Part shown: one piece after another, positions 29,643 to 39,785 of the stretch | How the letters are laid out: every line of letters starts with the position of its first letter | Numbering within the stretch: position 1 is the stretch's first letter | Assembly: GCA_965207885.1 (NCBI GenBank) | Contig: OZ242311.1 | Coordinates: 4,256,001 to 4,320,000, forward strand | Direction: 5' to 3' | Source of the DNA: Candidatus Latescibacterota bacterium | GTDB taxonomy: Bacteria; Latescibacterota; UBA2968 | Length of the DNA: 64,000 nucleotides | Made by a program: the position numbers and the translations under genes | Notes under the pieces: generated by a model | Database searches by the model: none | Seen by the model: the letters and a program-made list of their open reading frames with translations, nothing else | Told to the model about the DNA's origin: nothing

Positions 29643-30869
29643 ATGAATGACAAATTAGCTCTCTACGGCGGGGAAAAAACGCGCACAGATCCCTTTCCCT
29701 CGCGCACGCCATTTGGAAAAAAAGAAGAAGACTTATTATTGGACGCCGTGCGCAGTCAAAATTTGTTTGGCAAGAGCGGCACCTATGTCAAAGATTTTGA
29801 AAAGCAATTTGCCGAATTTTACGGAATGGAACATGCACAAAGTTCGACGAGCGGCACGGCGGCCATTCACCTGGCAGTGGGCGTTGTCGATCCCGAACCG
29901 GGGGACGAAATCATCACTGCGCCCATTACCGATCCGGGCAGCGTAATGCCCATTTTGATTCAAAATGCCGTGCCCGTATTTGCCGACGTCGATCCCCTGA
30001 CAATGAACATGACACCCGAATCAATAGAAGCAAATATTACAGACCGAACGCGCGCAATCATCCTCGTACACTTGTTTGGGCGCCCCTGCAATGTCGAAGA
30101 AGTGGTAAAAATTGCGGAAAAATACCATATTACGCTAATCGAAGATTGCAGCCAATGTCACGCCACCAAATACAAAGGTCGCTATGTGGGAACTTTTGGG
30201 CACATGGGTTGTTTTAGCTTGCAGCAGTCCAAACACATGACCACGGGCGATGGCGGAATGACTGTCACACATGACCGAGAAACCTATATTCGCCTCAAGC
30301 TGTTCTCCGATAAAGGATGGGATTATCAATATATGGCCGACCGCGATCACGCTTTTGTCGCACCCAACTATCGCATGACCGAAATGCAGGGCGCAGTTGG
30401 CCTCGCACAACTGGAAAAGGTGCGCGGCGTGGTCGAAAGACGCCACGAATTGGGCGCGTTGCTGTGTGAACTGATTGCCGATGCCCCGGGCATAACGCCC
30501 GTTCCACCCGAAGGAGACCGCGAAGTTTCGTGGTGGAATTTTATTTTTCACATCACGGGTCACGACCCCGACGAATTTTGCAAAGCCGTGCGTGCCGAAG
30601 GCGTGTCTATGGGAGCGCATTATATCAAAGACCCGATTTTTATGCGCGGAAATTATTTGACCGAAAAACGCACCTATGGAAACAGCGGATTCCCCTTTCA
30701 CCACGGCGTAACAAGCCGCGAATATAACTACGGCCCAGAACTCGTTCCAGGCGCAGTACAGGCATTGAGTACAGTTGTCGTATGGGGCCTTCACGAGCAC
30801 CTCGACGAAAATGACATCCGCGACACCGCCGCCGCAATCAACAAAGTCGCAAACGGCCTGGGCAGATAG
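29643..30869 (+). CDS. DegT/DnrJ/EryC1/StrS PLP-dependent aminotransferase
   Basis: SSGTAA-like STSGTAA, IEDCSQ, SKHMTTGDGG and NYRMTE motifs. Confidence 0.92.
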   Translation: MNDKLALYGGEKTRTDPFPSRTPFGKKEEDLLLDAVRSQNLFGKSGTYVKDFEKQFAEFYGMEHAQSSTSGTAAIHLAVGVVDPEPGDEIITAPITDPGSVMPILIQNAVPVFADVDPLTMNMTPESIEANITDRTRAIILVHLFGRPCNVEEVVKIAEKYHITLIEDCSQCHATKYKGRYVGTFGHMGCFSLQQSKHMTTGDGGMTVTHDRETYIRLKLFSDKGWDYQYMADRDHAFVAPNYRMTEMQGAVGLAQLEKVRGVVERRHELGALLCELIADAPGITPVPPEGDREVSWWNFIFHITGHDPDEFCKAVRAEGVSMGAHYIKDPIFMRGNYLTEKRTYGNSGFPFHHGVTSREYNYGPELVPGAVQALSTVVVWGLHEHLDENDIRDTAAAINKVANGLGR

Positions 30870-30886
30870 ACGAGAAAAGGAACCAA

Positions 30887-31921
30887 ATGCATCAGTCTCG
30901 TACACAGTGGTATTACACCAGACATATTTTTGCAAGTGTGCTCTGTATTTTAACTCTTTCTGCTTGCGGAAACACACCACCGGACGTCACGGGGCCCACA
31001 CCGGGCGAACCCGAGGCAGAGGCAATACCGGGAGGTCCGGGTCGGATCTCATATTTGAGGCAAAACCTGCAAACGGGCAGTTTTCATCTCCATATCGTAG
31101 ATCCCGATGGTAAAAACCCCATCAACCTCAATCCCATAGACGACCTGGCTGAATATTCCGGGCAATCGTGGTCGTCCGACGGCACACAACTCGCCTTTGC
31201 CTCGAACCGCAGCGGCAATGCCAATTTCAACATTTTTGTCATGAATGCCGACGGGAGCAATATCCGCAGTGTGGTTGAAGATTCGGGAGGCGATTTTGCA
31301 TCGTCCTGGTCGCCCGATGGGCAAAAAATTCTCTTTCAGGCCTGGCGCAGCGATGAGACAACCTGGGATATTTATGTCGTCAATATCAACGGCTCTGACG
31401 AAAAGGTGTTGATCAATACAGAGATGGAAGAACAACTGCCCGTCTGGTCGCCCGATGGCACCAAATTTGCCTATCAGGCTGGACATCGCGGTCGGGGAAC
31501 CGATATCTATATCGCCAATGTCGATGGTACAGGCGCGATGCGTTTGACAGATGGCAATGGCACCTTGCACTCTGCACCTGCCTGGTCGCCAGATGGAACG
31601 CAGATAGCATTCGAATCCAACCGCCATCAACCCCCACCAACAGATACGAGAACACCCCTGGCACAGTACGAGATTTACTTAATGAATCCGGATGGTTCAA
31701 ATGTGCGCCGTCTCACGTCTTCCCAACCCCTCGAAGCATTGCGCAATCCAACCTGGTCGCCAGATGGAAAGCAAATAGCATTTGCATTTCACACCTATGC
31801 AACAAATCTCATCTCGGGATTTTCGACCATTAAGGTCATGAATGTAGATGGCTCTAATATGTACTCCATTCCCGATCTCCCTCTTGGCGCACGCTTCCCG
31901 CGTTGGTCGCCCGTGCCGTAA
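30887..31921 (+). CDS. TolB-like PD40 beta-propeller lipoprotein
   Basis: Lipobox LSAC; repeated WSPDG motifs. Confidence 0.85.
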   Translation: MHQSRTQWYYTRHIFASVLCILTLSACGNTPPDVTGPTPGEPEAEAIPGGPGRISYLRQNLQTGSFHLHIVDPDGKNPINLNPIDDLAEYSGQSWSSDGTQLAFASNRSGNANFNIFVMNADGSNIRSVVEDSGGDFASSWSPDGQKILFQAWRSDETTWDIYVVNINGSDEKVLINTEMEEQLPVWSPDGTKFAYQAGHRGRGTDIYIANVDGTGAMRLTDGNGTLHSAPAWSPDGTQIAFESNRHQPPPTDTRTPLAQYEIYLMNPDGSNVRRLTSSQPLEALRNPTWSPDGKQIAFAFHTYATNLISGFSTIKVMNVDGSNMYSIPDLPLGARFPRWSPVP

Positions 31922-32061
31922 ACACACATCTATGTCGTGAATCAACCACCTGAAAGTCTCAGATTTTATCTGAGACTTTTTTGTTTGACTTCGCCGCTTT
32001 TGTCCAATTAATTGTTCGCGGCGAATATATAGCATTTCGAACCACTTGTCAGGAGATGTGT

Positions 32062-32781
32062 ATGAGACGGCCAACAGATGCTGAACGGCAGGAATGGGAA
32101 GATAACGGCGTGTTGTTTTTAGAAAAAGCAATTGTAGGCGAAGACCTCGCGCGGTTACAGGCGACATTTGATCGATGTGCCGCCGAGGCCAGGCGCGAAT
32201 GGTTGGAGGGAATTGCGAAAGGCACGCGTCCCGCTGCCCATTTTGATATTCCAAAACCACTGGAAAAGGACGACTTATTTATCGACCTGATCGATTATCC
32301 TGGCTGGTACGGGTTTTTGATGGATTTTGCCGATGAAGATCTGATCTTGCTCGCGCCGCAAATAAGAACTCTGCCGGTCTCACCCATCAGTTATGTGGGC
32401 TGGCATCCGGATGTGCCGCATACGACACCACTTCATATGAAGGTACAGATTTATATTGAAGATGTTCCGGCCGATGGCGGAGCATTTGGGTATGTACCGG
32501 GCAGTCATAAACCCGATGTCGGGCCGTGTCCCCTGGTTCGTCCATTGGATTCGATGCCGGGGCACAAAGTGTATCCGGGCAAAGCGGGCGATGCGGTATT
32601 ATTCAATTCTTATGGATGGCATACATCGATGGTCAACCGCACGTTAAAGCCGCGCAAGTCGATTATTCTCATCTATGAAAAGTGGAGTAAGGACCGCATA
32701 TCGACCAAACATTTTGCAGCCATTGCGGATAAATGCACAACGCCAGACCGCAGGCGATTGTTCAGCCTGGATGAGAGATGA
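32062..32781 (+). CDS. PhyH-family dioxygenase
   Basis: WHPD, GAFGYVPGSH and KAGDAVLFNSYGWH motifs. Confidence 0.85.
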   Translation: MRRPTDAERQEWEDNGVLFLEKAIVGEDLARLQATFDRCAAEARREWLEGIAKGTRPAAHFDIPKPLEKDDLFIDLIDYPGWYGFLMDFADEDLILLAPQIRTLPVSPISYVGWHPDVPHTTPLHMKVQIYIEDVPADGGAFGYVPGSHKPDVGPCPLVRPLDSMPGHKVYPGKAGDAVLFNSYGWHTSMVNRTLKPRKSIILIYEKWSKDRISTKHFAAIADKCTTPDRRRLFSLDER

Positions 32782-32785
32782 TAGC

Positions 32786-33688
32786 ATGCCAATTATTGAC
32801 TCGCACCTGCATGTATTTGAAAAACTGTCGGACGAATTTCCCCGAGAAGTGGATGATCAGTGTCCCCCAGATAGGGCAGAGACAGCAGAAAAATTGCTGG
32901 AGGTCATGGCGGCCAATGGGGTCGATCAGGCCGTGCTGACACAGATTGGCGGTGCACAATTGGCGCACCATCGGTACTTACAGCATTGTTTGAAGACCTA
33001 CCCCAATCGCTTCCGGGGAATTGGATTGATCCCCCGGGATGAATGGGACGCGCCGGAAGACCACATGGATCGGCTCGCTGAGAATGGGGATATTATCGGG
33101 TTCAGGATTAACGAAATTGGCGGATCTGCCGATCCCCTATCCCAAATGGATGTACGAACATTTACTTCGTATCGCATCTGGAAACACGCGGCTGAAAAAA
33201 ACTACGTGATGTGGCTGTATATCCGGGCGAAAGACGCGCATCAAGTCGCCTTTATGATTCAGGCATTTCCCGAAATTCGCGCCGTGTTTAACCACCTGAT
33301 GATCTGTCCAGGCGAAGGAATGTTTTCGTGGGATGACGAAGGCCGCCCACACATCAATACCCCTATACCGCCGATGACGCGCTACTCGATGCTGGGCTTG
33401 CACGAATACCCCAATATCTGCGTACATCTATCGGGACAATATGCGTTTAGCCAGGAGGCATGGCCCTATCGCGACCTGGAAAGCTGGCACAAAACATTGC
33501 ACACCAGGTTTGGCGCAGACAAATTGATGTGGGCGACAGATTTTCCCTGGATTTTGGAAGATCCGGGATATGATAAGCTGGTACAGGTAATCGATGAATT
33601 GCTACCAGATTTGAATGCGCGGCAAAAAGCAGAGATTATGGGGGGAACGGCAAAACGGGTTTTGGGCTTTCCCGACGTGGCGGATTGA
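32786..33688 (+). CDS. Amidohydrolase_2 family metallo-hydrolase (lactonase-like)
   Basis: IIDSHLH and LMWATDFP motifs. Confidence 0.85.
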   Translation: MPIIDSHLHVFEKLSDEFPREVDDQCPPDRAETAEKLLEVMAANGVDQAVLTQIGGAQLAHHRYLQHCLKTYPNRFRGIGLIPRDEWDAPEDHMDRLAENGDIIGFRINEIGGSADPLSQMDVRTFTSYRIWKHAAEKNYVMWLYIRAKDAHQVAFMIQAFPEIRAVFNHLMICPGEGMFSWDDEGRPHINTPIPPMTRYSMLGLHEYPNICVHLSGQYAFSQEAWPYRDLESWHKTLHTRFGADKLMWATDFPWILEDPGYDKLVQVIDELLPDLNARQKAEIMGGTAKRVLGFPDVAD

Positions 33689-35720
33689 CCCTTTTGAAAT
33701 TGACCTTGTATTGTTCGAGGGCCTCGAGCGCCTTGTTAGCGGGATGGGGATATATATCACGGGATTTCGCAAAAGATGCAACAGCTTCTACTCTCTTGCC
33801 CTGTTTTTGCAGCAGGCTACCCTTCAAGTAGTATAGCTGCGCCAGAGTTTGCTTTTTCAATGCCTCGTATTTGAGGGTCTCCGCCCTGTCTAACCACGCC
33901 GAGACTTGTTCCCAGTGCGAGCTATTTCCATGCTTTATCAGTATGCCAGCCATACCGATGAGGCAGGCATAACTACCCTCTGCGAGGCGGAATAATTCCT
34001 GCATTGAATTGAGAAGTCCCGGATCGCCCGATAAATAAATCAAACCCAAATATCGCCCGTACTGGAACAACAATCCGTTTCGCCGCACACGCTCCCAGCG
34101 ATCAATGGGCTGCAAATGCACCAGATAGGTGAAATATTCCTCTCCACGCGGATGGCGTTTTATTTCTATATCACCCGGCTTACCATCTTTAACCGCCTCC
34201 ATGAGAAAACCATAGATCCGTCCCTGGCGATTGGGAAAAATGTCGAAATCCATGGGGAAAAAGAGGGCGCGTTCTGTCGAATCAGTAAATTGTTCCAAAA
34301 CTTCCTGCTTGTTCTCTTTGGGCAGAAATGGATCGTAGAGACGTTTGCCATATACGAGACCTTGAAGATTGTACAACGCGACATCCGGACGGCGGTTCTC
34401 GATGTATTGATAATAGCCCATCGGCCCGGTTGCATCGCCAAACACGAACAGGACCGCGTCCTCTGGCAAAATATCCAATTGCATGTCTGCATAGTGCTCG
34501 GCAAAGTCGCTATCGGATCGATCATTGACCTGCCAGTGTTCGTGCACCGACCACGCAACCATCGCCGTGCCCACCAGTGCTGCCATACCAATATTGAGTC
34601 TCGGCCTCTGGGCAAATTTGGAAGGCAACCGTTCTGCTAACCAGTCGAGCACAACCTGCAAGCCAACGCCCAGCCACAGAGCCGCTATGCCATAACACAA
34701 CAGAGAGTAGGGACGGAAGATCGCGCCCCAGAAAAAGTCAAAATCAAAACCCAGCAAGGCGATCAGCACGATGCTATTGCCCAAAAATACCAGCAATCCC
34801 GAACCCGCTTTTGCGATCTGCCGCCGCCGAAACAGAATGATCAGGCCGAACACAGCGAGTGCAAATCCCGGCAGCGTCAATTGCCATAAAAATTCATTGC
34901 CAAGCCATTGCATGAACCCAAAACGATCATCCCATCCAGCGCTGGGGCTGGCATCTATATGGGCATAGCCTTGACGGGTGAAATAATGCCAAAATTCTTT
35001 CAACGTATCGATAGAGCCGTAAAAATTGATCAGGGGATCCCGATGTGACTGCCAGACCATCCATGCATAAGGCAATGCCGCACACGGCAGGGAAATCCCC
35101 AAAAGCAACGGCAGCTTCCGATATACGGTGCGCCAAATGGGAAAGACCAATATCATCAACCCCGGCGTTGAAAGCACCATCAGCGGCCAGTGATTGGCCA
35201 AACTCAATCCATAAGCGATAGCCGTGGCAATCCAGATCCCGGTGCGCTGCGGCTGGCGGAGGCCGTATAAAAGCAGCGCGTAGAAACCAAAAAAGAACAG
35301 CGTATTGAGCGTATAAACCTCGGCAATAATAGCCTGAGACCAGAAATGCTCAGAAGCGGCAAACAGCCAGGCGGCAGTCCTGGCTGGAATTGGCGATGCA
35401 CCCAACAGGCGAGCACACACATAAACGCAGCCACAGGTGAGCGCGCCCAATACCGCGCTGGACAAATGACCGAGAAAAGCAACACTGCCAAAGGGCAATT
35501 GCGTAAACAGATAGACAATGAGGGTATAGAGCGGATAGCCCGGTGGATGTGCCACACCGAGGTGCACGCCAGCCATGAGAAACAAGCCGTCATCTTCTAA
35601 AACAACAGTACGCGGCATGGTAAGCACATAAAGCACGAGCGGGCCAATAACCGATGCGGCCAGTGCGATACCATCGCGCAAGGGATTAAATGTTCCATCC
35701 TGGTCATGCACGCGATTCAT
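33636..35720 (-). CDS. DUF2723 / TMEM260-like GT-C membrane glycosyltransferase with C-terminal TPR
   Basis: EDDG...LGVAHPPGYPLY, FWSQAIIAEVYTL and GLSLANHW motifs. Confidence 0.8.
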   Translation of the reverse strand: MNRVHDQDGTFNPLRDGIALAASVIGPLVLYVLTMPRTVVLEDDGLFLMAGVHLGVAHPPGYPLYTLIVYLFTQLPFGSVAFLGHLSSAVLGALTCGCVYVCARLLGASPIPARTAAWLFAASEHFWSQAIIAEVYTLNTLFFFGFYALLLYGLRQPQRTGIWIATAIAYGLSLANHWPLMVLSTPGLMILVFPIWRTVYRKLPLLLGISLPCAALPYAWMVWQSHRDPLINFYGSIDTLKEFWHYFTRQGYAHIDASPSAGWDDRFGFMQWLGNEFLWQLTLPGFALAVFGLIILFRRRQIAKAGSGLLVFLGNSIVLIALLGFDFDFFWGAIFRPYSLLCYGIAALWLGVGLQVVLDWLAERLPSKFAQRPRLNIGMAALVGTAMVAWSVHEHWQVNDRSDSDFAEHYADMQLDILPEDAVLFVFGDATGPMGYYQYIENRRPDVALYNLQGLVYGKRLYDPFLPKENKQEVLEQFTDSTERALFFPMDFDIFPNRQGRIYGFLMEAVKDGKPGDIEIKRHPRGEEYFTYLVHLQPIDRWERVRRNGLLFQYGRYLGLIYLSGDPGLLNSMQELFRLAEGSYACLIGMAGILIKHGNSSHWEQVSAWLDRAETLKYEALKKQTLAQLYYLKGSLLQKQGKRVEAVASFAKSRDIYPHPANKALEALEQYKVNFKRVNPPRRESPKPVLPFPP

Positions 35721-36139
35721 TGCGTACCGTCCTCCTGTTCTTCCGGGCGTTCGTCTGTCACCTCGCGAAACGTCCAGAGGGAATTGAGAAAATAGTTAAA
35801 CAATGTGGCCGGTGCAATTGCGCACCCCTGCAAAATGACCGATTGCACCGCTGGAAAAAGGAAGGAAAGCAAGACAAATGTGCCATAACTCAGCACGAGA
35901 GTCACCAGTGAAACGAGATTGTACTTCAAACCCCGAACGCGCTTTCTCCCCGCCAGTGCGCGATCGCGGAAGGTCCAGTAGTTATTGAGCAGAAAATTTG
36001 AGATAATCGACAGCTCAATTGCAACTGGCGATGCGAGCAACTTATGCACACCGAGATTGAGCAAGAATTGAAACGAACCGAGATTGACAAATACCCCCGA
36101 TAACCCCGTGAGGGCAAATTTGATAAATGTGCGAGACAT
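35717..36139 (-). CDS. GtrA-family membrane protein
   Basis: FIKFALTGLSGVFVN, NFLLNNYWTF and NYFLNSLWTF motifs. Confidence 0.88.
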   Translation of the reverse strand: MSRTFIKFALTGLSGVFVNLGSFQFLLNLGVHKLLASPVAIELSIISNFLLNNYWTFRDRALAGRKRVRGLKYNLVSLVTLVLSYGTFVLLSFLFPAVQSVILQGCAIAPATLFNYFLNSLWTFREVTDERPEEQEDGTQ

Positions 36140-36273
36140 AAATTTTCCGATAAATTAGATTTTCAACTAATCAAATTAACAACACACCTTCGAGAAATCA
36201 AGCGCGAAACTCCCAAAAATCTTCTCCCGCATTTACCAGAATACACAGACAACTTGATACGGTTGACCCGATC

Positions 36274-37158
36274 GTGAAACGAATCGCTAAAATTTTGCTC
36301 ATCTCCATATTGTTATTCATTGCGTTGTCTGTTGCGCTATCCATCTGGAGGAAACCGATGCCCGATCATCCTTTTATCAAAAAAAACGCGGGTGTTGAAG
36401 TGATCGCACACCGGGGAGGCTGGCGGTTGTGGCCCGAAAATACACTGTATGCTTTTCAACATGCCGTAGATCTCGGCGTAGATATGCTGGAAATGGATAT
36501 CCGCAGTACAAAAGACGGCCATATCGTGGTCTTTCACGATGAGACCGTAACGCGCACGACCAATGGCAACGCGCGTGTAAATGATCTAACACTTGCAGAA
36601 TTGAAACAGTTAGATGCGGGATACAAATGGACGGCTGACAAGGGCGCGACTTTTCCCTTTCGCGGAAAAGGAATAGTAGCTCCAACGCTGGATGAAGTCT
36701 TCGCGTCTTTTCCGCACATGCGAATGACCATTGAAATCAAACAGAAAGAGCCAGATATTGTCGAGGCATTTGGCAACCTGATTCGCCGCCATGGGATGCA
36801 GCACCGCGTGCTGGTCGCGTGTTTTGACACCGGAACATTGAAGCGTTTTCGCAAGCTGTTTCCCGAAGTAGCAACATCGCCGGGCATGACGGAAGGAATG
36901 ATTTTTTACGCCCTGTGCTGGCTGCACCTGAGCGCGGTTTACCAGCCCAATGTCGAAGTATTGCAGTTCCCACTAAAAATGGGACCAATAAATGGCAGCC
37001 ATCCACGCCTGTTATCTGGAGCGCGCAAAAACAATATACAGGTGCAAATATGGACTGTGGATGACGAATCGAAAATGCGAATGCTGATTGAAAAAAGGGT
37101 AGATGGCATCATCACTCGCCGGCCAGACCGCCTGTTAAAAATATTCGGGAGAGAATAG
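36274..37158 (+). CDS. Glycerophosphodiester phosphodiesterase
   Basis: IAHRGG...PENT, EMDI...VVFHD, WTVD and VDGIIT motifs. Confidence 0.92.
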   Translation: MKRIAKILLISILLFIALSVALSIWRKPMPDHPFIKKNAGVEVIAHRGGWRLWPENTLYAFQHAVDLGVDMLEMDIRSTKDGHIVVFHDETVTRTTNGNARVNDLTLAELKQLDAGYKWTADKGATFPFRGKGIVAPTLDEVFASFPHMRMTIEIKQKEPDIVEAFGNLIRRHGMQHRVLVACFDTGTLKRFRKLFPEVATSPGMTEGMIFYALCWLHLSAVYQPNVEVLQFPLKMGPINGSHPRLLSGARKNNIQVQIWTVDDESKMRMLIEKRVDGIITRRPDRLLKIFGRE

Positions 37159-37183
37159 GCCTTTCACAAACGGAATAAATACC

Positions 37184-38638
37184 ATGTCTGAACAAATCAA
37201 CTTGCTTTTTATCTTAACAGACGACCAGGGATATTGGGCGATGGGATGTGCGGGCAATTCGGAAATTCGCACGCCAAATCTGGATCGATTGGCCACAACG
37301 GGATTGCGCTTTGAGAATTTCTTTTGCGCGTCGCCAGTTTGCTCGCCGGCTCGGGCTTCCATTTTAACGGGCCGCATTCCATCGCAACACGGCGTACAGG
37401 ATTTTTTGCGGGCAGGCAATTCAAATATCTACGGCGCAGATGATCGGGCTATAGAATATCTATCGGGACAAACAGCATATACAGATATCTTATCTGAACG
37501 GGGTTACACGTGTGGTTTAAGTGGCAAATGGCATCTGGGCTATTCGGAAAAACCGCAGAAAAGTTTTGCGTTTTGGGATGTTCACGCAAGTGGCGCAGGA
37601 CCGTATTACAATCCCCCGATGATTCGCGACGGCAAAGCGTATCAAACATCGGATTACGTGAGCGATCTGATTACAGATAATGCATTGGAATTTCTGCAGA
37701 ATGCAAATCAACCGTTCTGCTTGAATGTTCACTACACAGCGCCTCACGCGCCTTGGGGGCGCGAACACCATCCGCCAGAATTATTCGAAGATTATTACAA
37801 AAACTGTCCTTTTGAATCAACCCCCGATGAACCCATGCACCCCCAGCAGTTGTCAAAGACGGGGTCATCGGGTTCTTTGGGGTTTACAGAAGAAGAGCGC
37901 AGTGAAACACTCAGCGGCTATTTTGCTGCAATGACCGCGATGGACGCCAACGTGGGCAGATTGCTGGATTGGCTGGAAGCCAATGGGTTGCGGGAAAATA
38001 CACTCATCGCATTTACAAGCGACAATGGAATGAACATGGGACATCACGGGATTTACGGCAAAGGCAATGGAACATTCCCACCGAACATGTTCGACACCTC
38101 GGTGAAAGTCCCCATGCTCTTCTCGCATCCAGGTCGCGTTCCCGAAGGCAAAGTTATTTCCTCACTGCACAGCCATTACGACATCATGCCGACCTTACTG
38201 GACTATCTCAACGTAGAAAATCCCGACTCCGATTCCCTTCCCGGACGCAGCTTTTCCGCATTATTGGAGGGACGCGCTTTAGATAGCAACGACAAGGTGG
38301 TTGTATATGACGAATACGGTCCCACGCGAATGATCCGCACTGCGGAATGGAAGTACGTCCATCGCTATCCCTATGGACCTCCTGAACTCTACGATCTGGT
38401 AAACGACCCGGATGAACGACAAAATCTGATCGCAGAACAAAAACATCAAACAATAAGGGAATCGCTACAGGCCGATCTGGATGCGTGGTTTGTGCGCTAT
38501 GCCGATCCCGAGCGGGATGGATCGCGCGAAGCCGTGATGGGCAGAGGACAGTTAGACGTTGTTGGTCCTGCCGCAAAGGGACGAAAGCGGTTTGGCGATG
38601 ATGTCGTTCTTGAACGCGACAACAAACGGAGGTCTTGA
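37184..38638 (+). CDS. Cys-type sulfatase (paralog of 24198-25571)
   Basis: LTDDQG, CSPARASILTG and GKWHLG motifs. Confidence 0.93.
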   Translation: MSEQINLLFILTDDQGYWAMGCAGNSEIRTPNLDRLATTGLRFENFFCASPVCSPARASILTGRIPSQHGVQDFLRAGNSNIYGADDRAIEYLSGQTAYTDILSERGYTCGLSGKWHLGYSEKPQKSFAFWDVHASGAGPYYNPPMIRDGKAYQTSDYVSDLITDNALEFLQNANQPFCLNVHYTAPHAPWGREHHPPELFEDYYKNCPFESTPDEPMHPQQLSKTGSSGSLGFTEEERSETLSGYFAAMTAMDANVGRLLDWLEANGLRENTLIAFTSDNGMNMGHHGIYGKGNGTFPPNMFDTSVKVPMLFSHPGRVPEGKVISSLHSHYDIMPTLLDYLNVENPDSDSLPGRSFSALLEGRALDSNDKVVVYDEYGPTRMIRTAEWKYVHRYPYGPPELYDLVNDPDERQNLIAEQKHQTIRESLQADLDAWFVRYADPERDGSREAVMGRGQLDVVGPAAKGRKRFGDDVVLERDNKRRS

Positions 38639-38640
38639 TA

Positions 38641-39771
38641 ATGGCAGATCTACTTGATGAACGCATTGTACGCATTGAAAAAGTAATGTTAAAAAGTCGG
38701 CGTCCCCGCTTTGTGGGCGTAAATTCCAAAGGCGGACCAGGAGGCAATATAGTTACGGATCACGTCGTTCGCATCCATACAGATAGCGGAGCCGTTGGCG
38801 TTGGCTGGTCGCGCATAAACCGCAAACAGGCCGAACAATTTTTGGGAAGACAATTGAATGAACTCTTCGCATTGCCCAACGGCTGTTTGGAAGCGGGAGA
38901 AAGTATCGACTTACCCCTGTGGGATCTGGCGGCAAAACTCTCGGATCAGCCATTGTACAAACTGCTGGGCGCGCGCGGTTCTCGGCAAGTGGAACTCTAC
39001 GACGGATCGGTCTATATCGACGACCTGGAAGCGGATGAAGATGAAGCAGTGGCAATTTTTCAGGAAGAAGTAAAAACCGGCCAGGAATACGGGTTCAAAA
39101 ATTTCAAAATAAAAATTGGGCGCGGGGCAAAGTGGATGCCAATTATGGAAGGCCTGGAACGGGATGTACTCGTCATTCAAACAATTCGAGAGGCAGCGGG
39201 ATCAGACGCCAAAATTCTCGTTGATGCCAACAATGGCACAACGCTAAATATTGCCCAGGAAATTCTCAAACAGTGTGAATCCGCAAGGATCTACTGGTTT
39301 GAGGAAGCCTTTCACGAAGAACGGGGTTTCAACGAACCTTTTAAGGCATTTATTCAAGCATCGGGTTATGACACTTATGTCGCCGATGGCGAGTCAAAAC
39401 CACCGTCGAATTTTTTTGACATGGTAGAACGCGGCTGGATTGACATTGTGCAACACGATTTTCGCGCCAGAGGATTGACCTGGTGGAAAGCGACAGCGGA
39501 TATGATCGCGCCCTGGGGTGCGCAATGTGCCCCGCATTGCTGGGGCAGTATTATCGAGCGATATGTACACGCCCATTTTGCCGCTTCGATTCCAAATTTT
39601 TGTCTATTAGAAGCAGCCCCTGCAGATACGCAGGGCATAGTACTCGACGGTTGGGAATTTCGAGACGGTCACCTCATCGTGCCAGATACGCTGGGAACGG
39701 GATTTGACCTCGCACCGGAAACAATTGCACGGGGAACACGCGAAGAAGGCGGGTTTTGCATTTTCATTTGA
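38641..39771 (+). CDS. Mandelate racemase/muconate lactonizing enzyme (enolase superfamily)
   Basis: DLPLWDL, KIKIG, VDAN, WFEE and DGE motifs. Confidence 0.85.
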   Translation: MADLLDERIVRIEKVMLKSRRPRFVGVNSKGGPGGNIVTDHVVRIHTDSGAVGVGWSRINRKQAEQFLGRQLNELFALPNGCLEAGESIDLPLWDLAAKLSDQPLYKLLGARGSRQVELYDGSVYIDDLEADEDEAVAIFQEEVKTGQEYGFKNFKIKIGRGAKWMPIMEGLERDVLVIQTIREAAGSDAKILVDANNGTTLNIAQEILKQCESARIYWFEEAFHEERGFNEPFKAFIQASGYDTYVADGESKPPSNFFDMVERGWIDIVQHDFRARGLTWWKATADMIAPWGAQCAPHCWGSIIERYVHAHFAASIPNFCLLEAAPADTQGIVLDGWEFRDGHLIVPDTLGTGFDLAPETIARGTREEGGFCIFI

Positions 39772-39785
39772 AAAAGGATAACACG

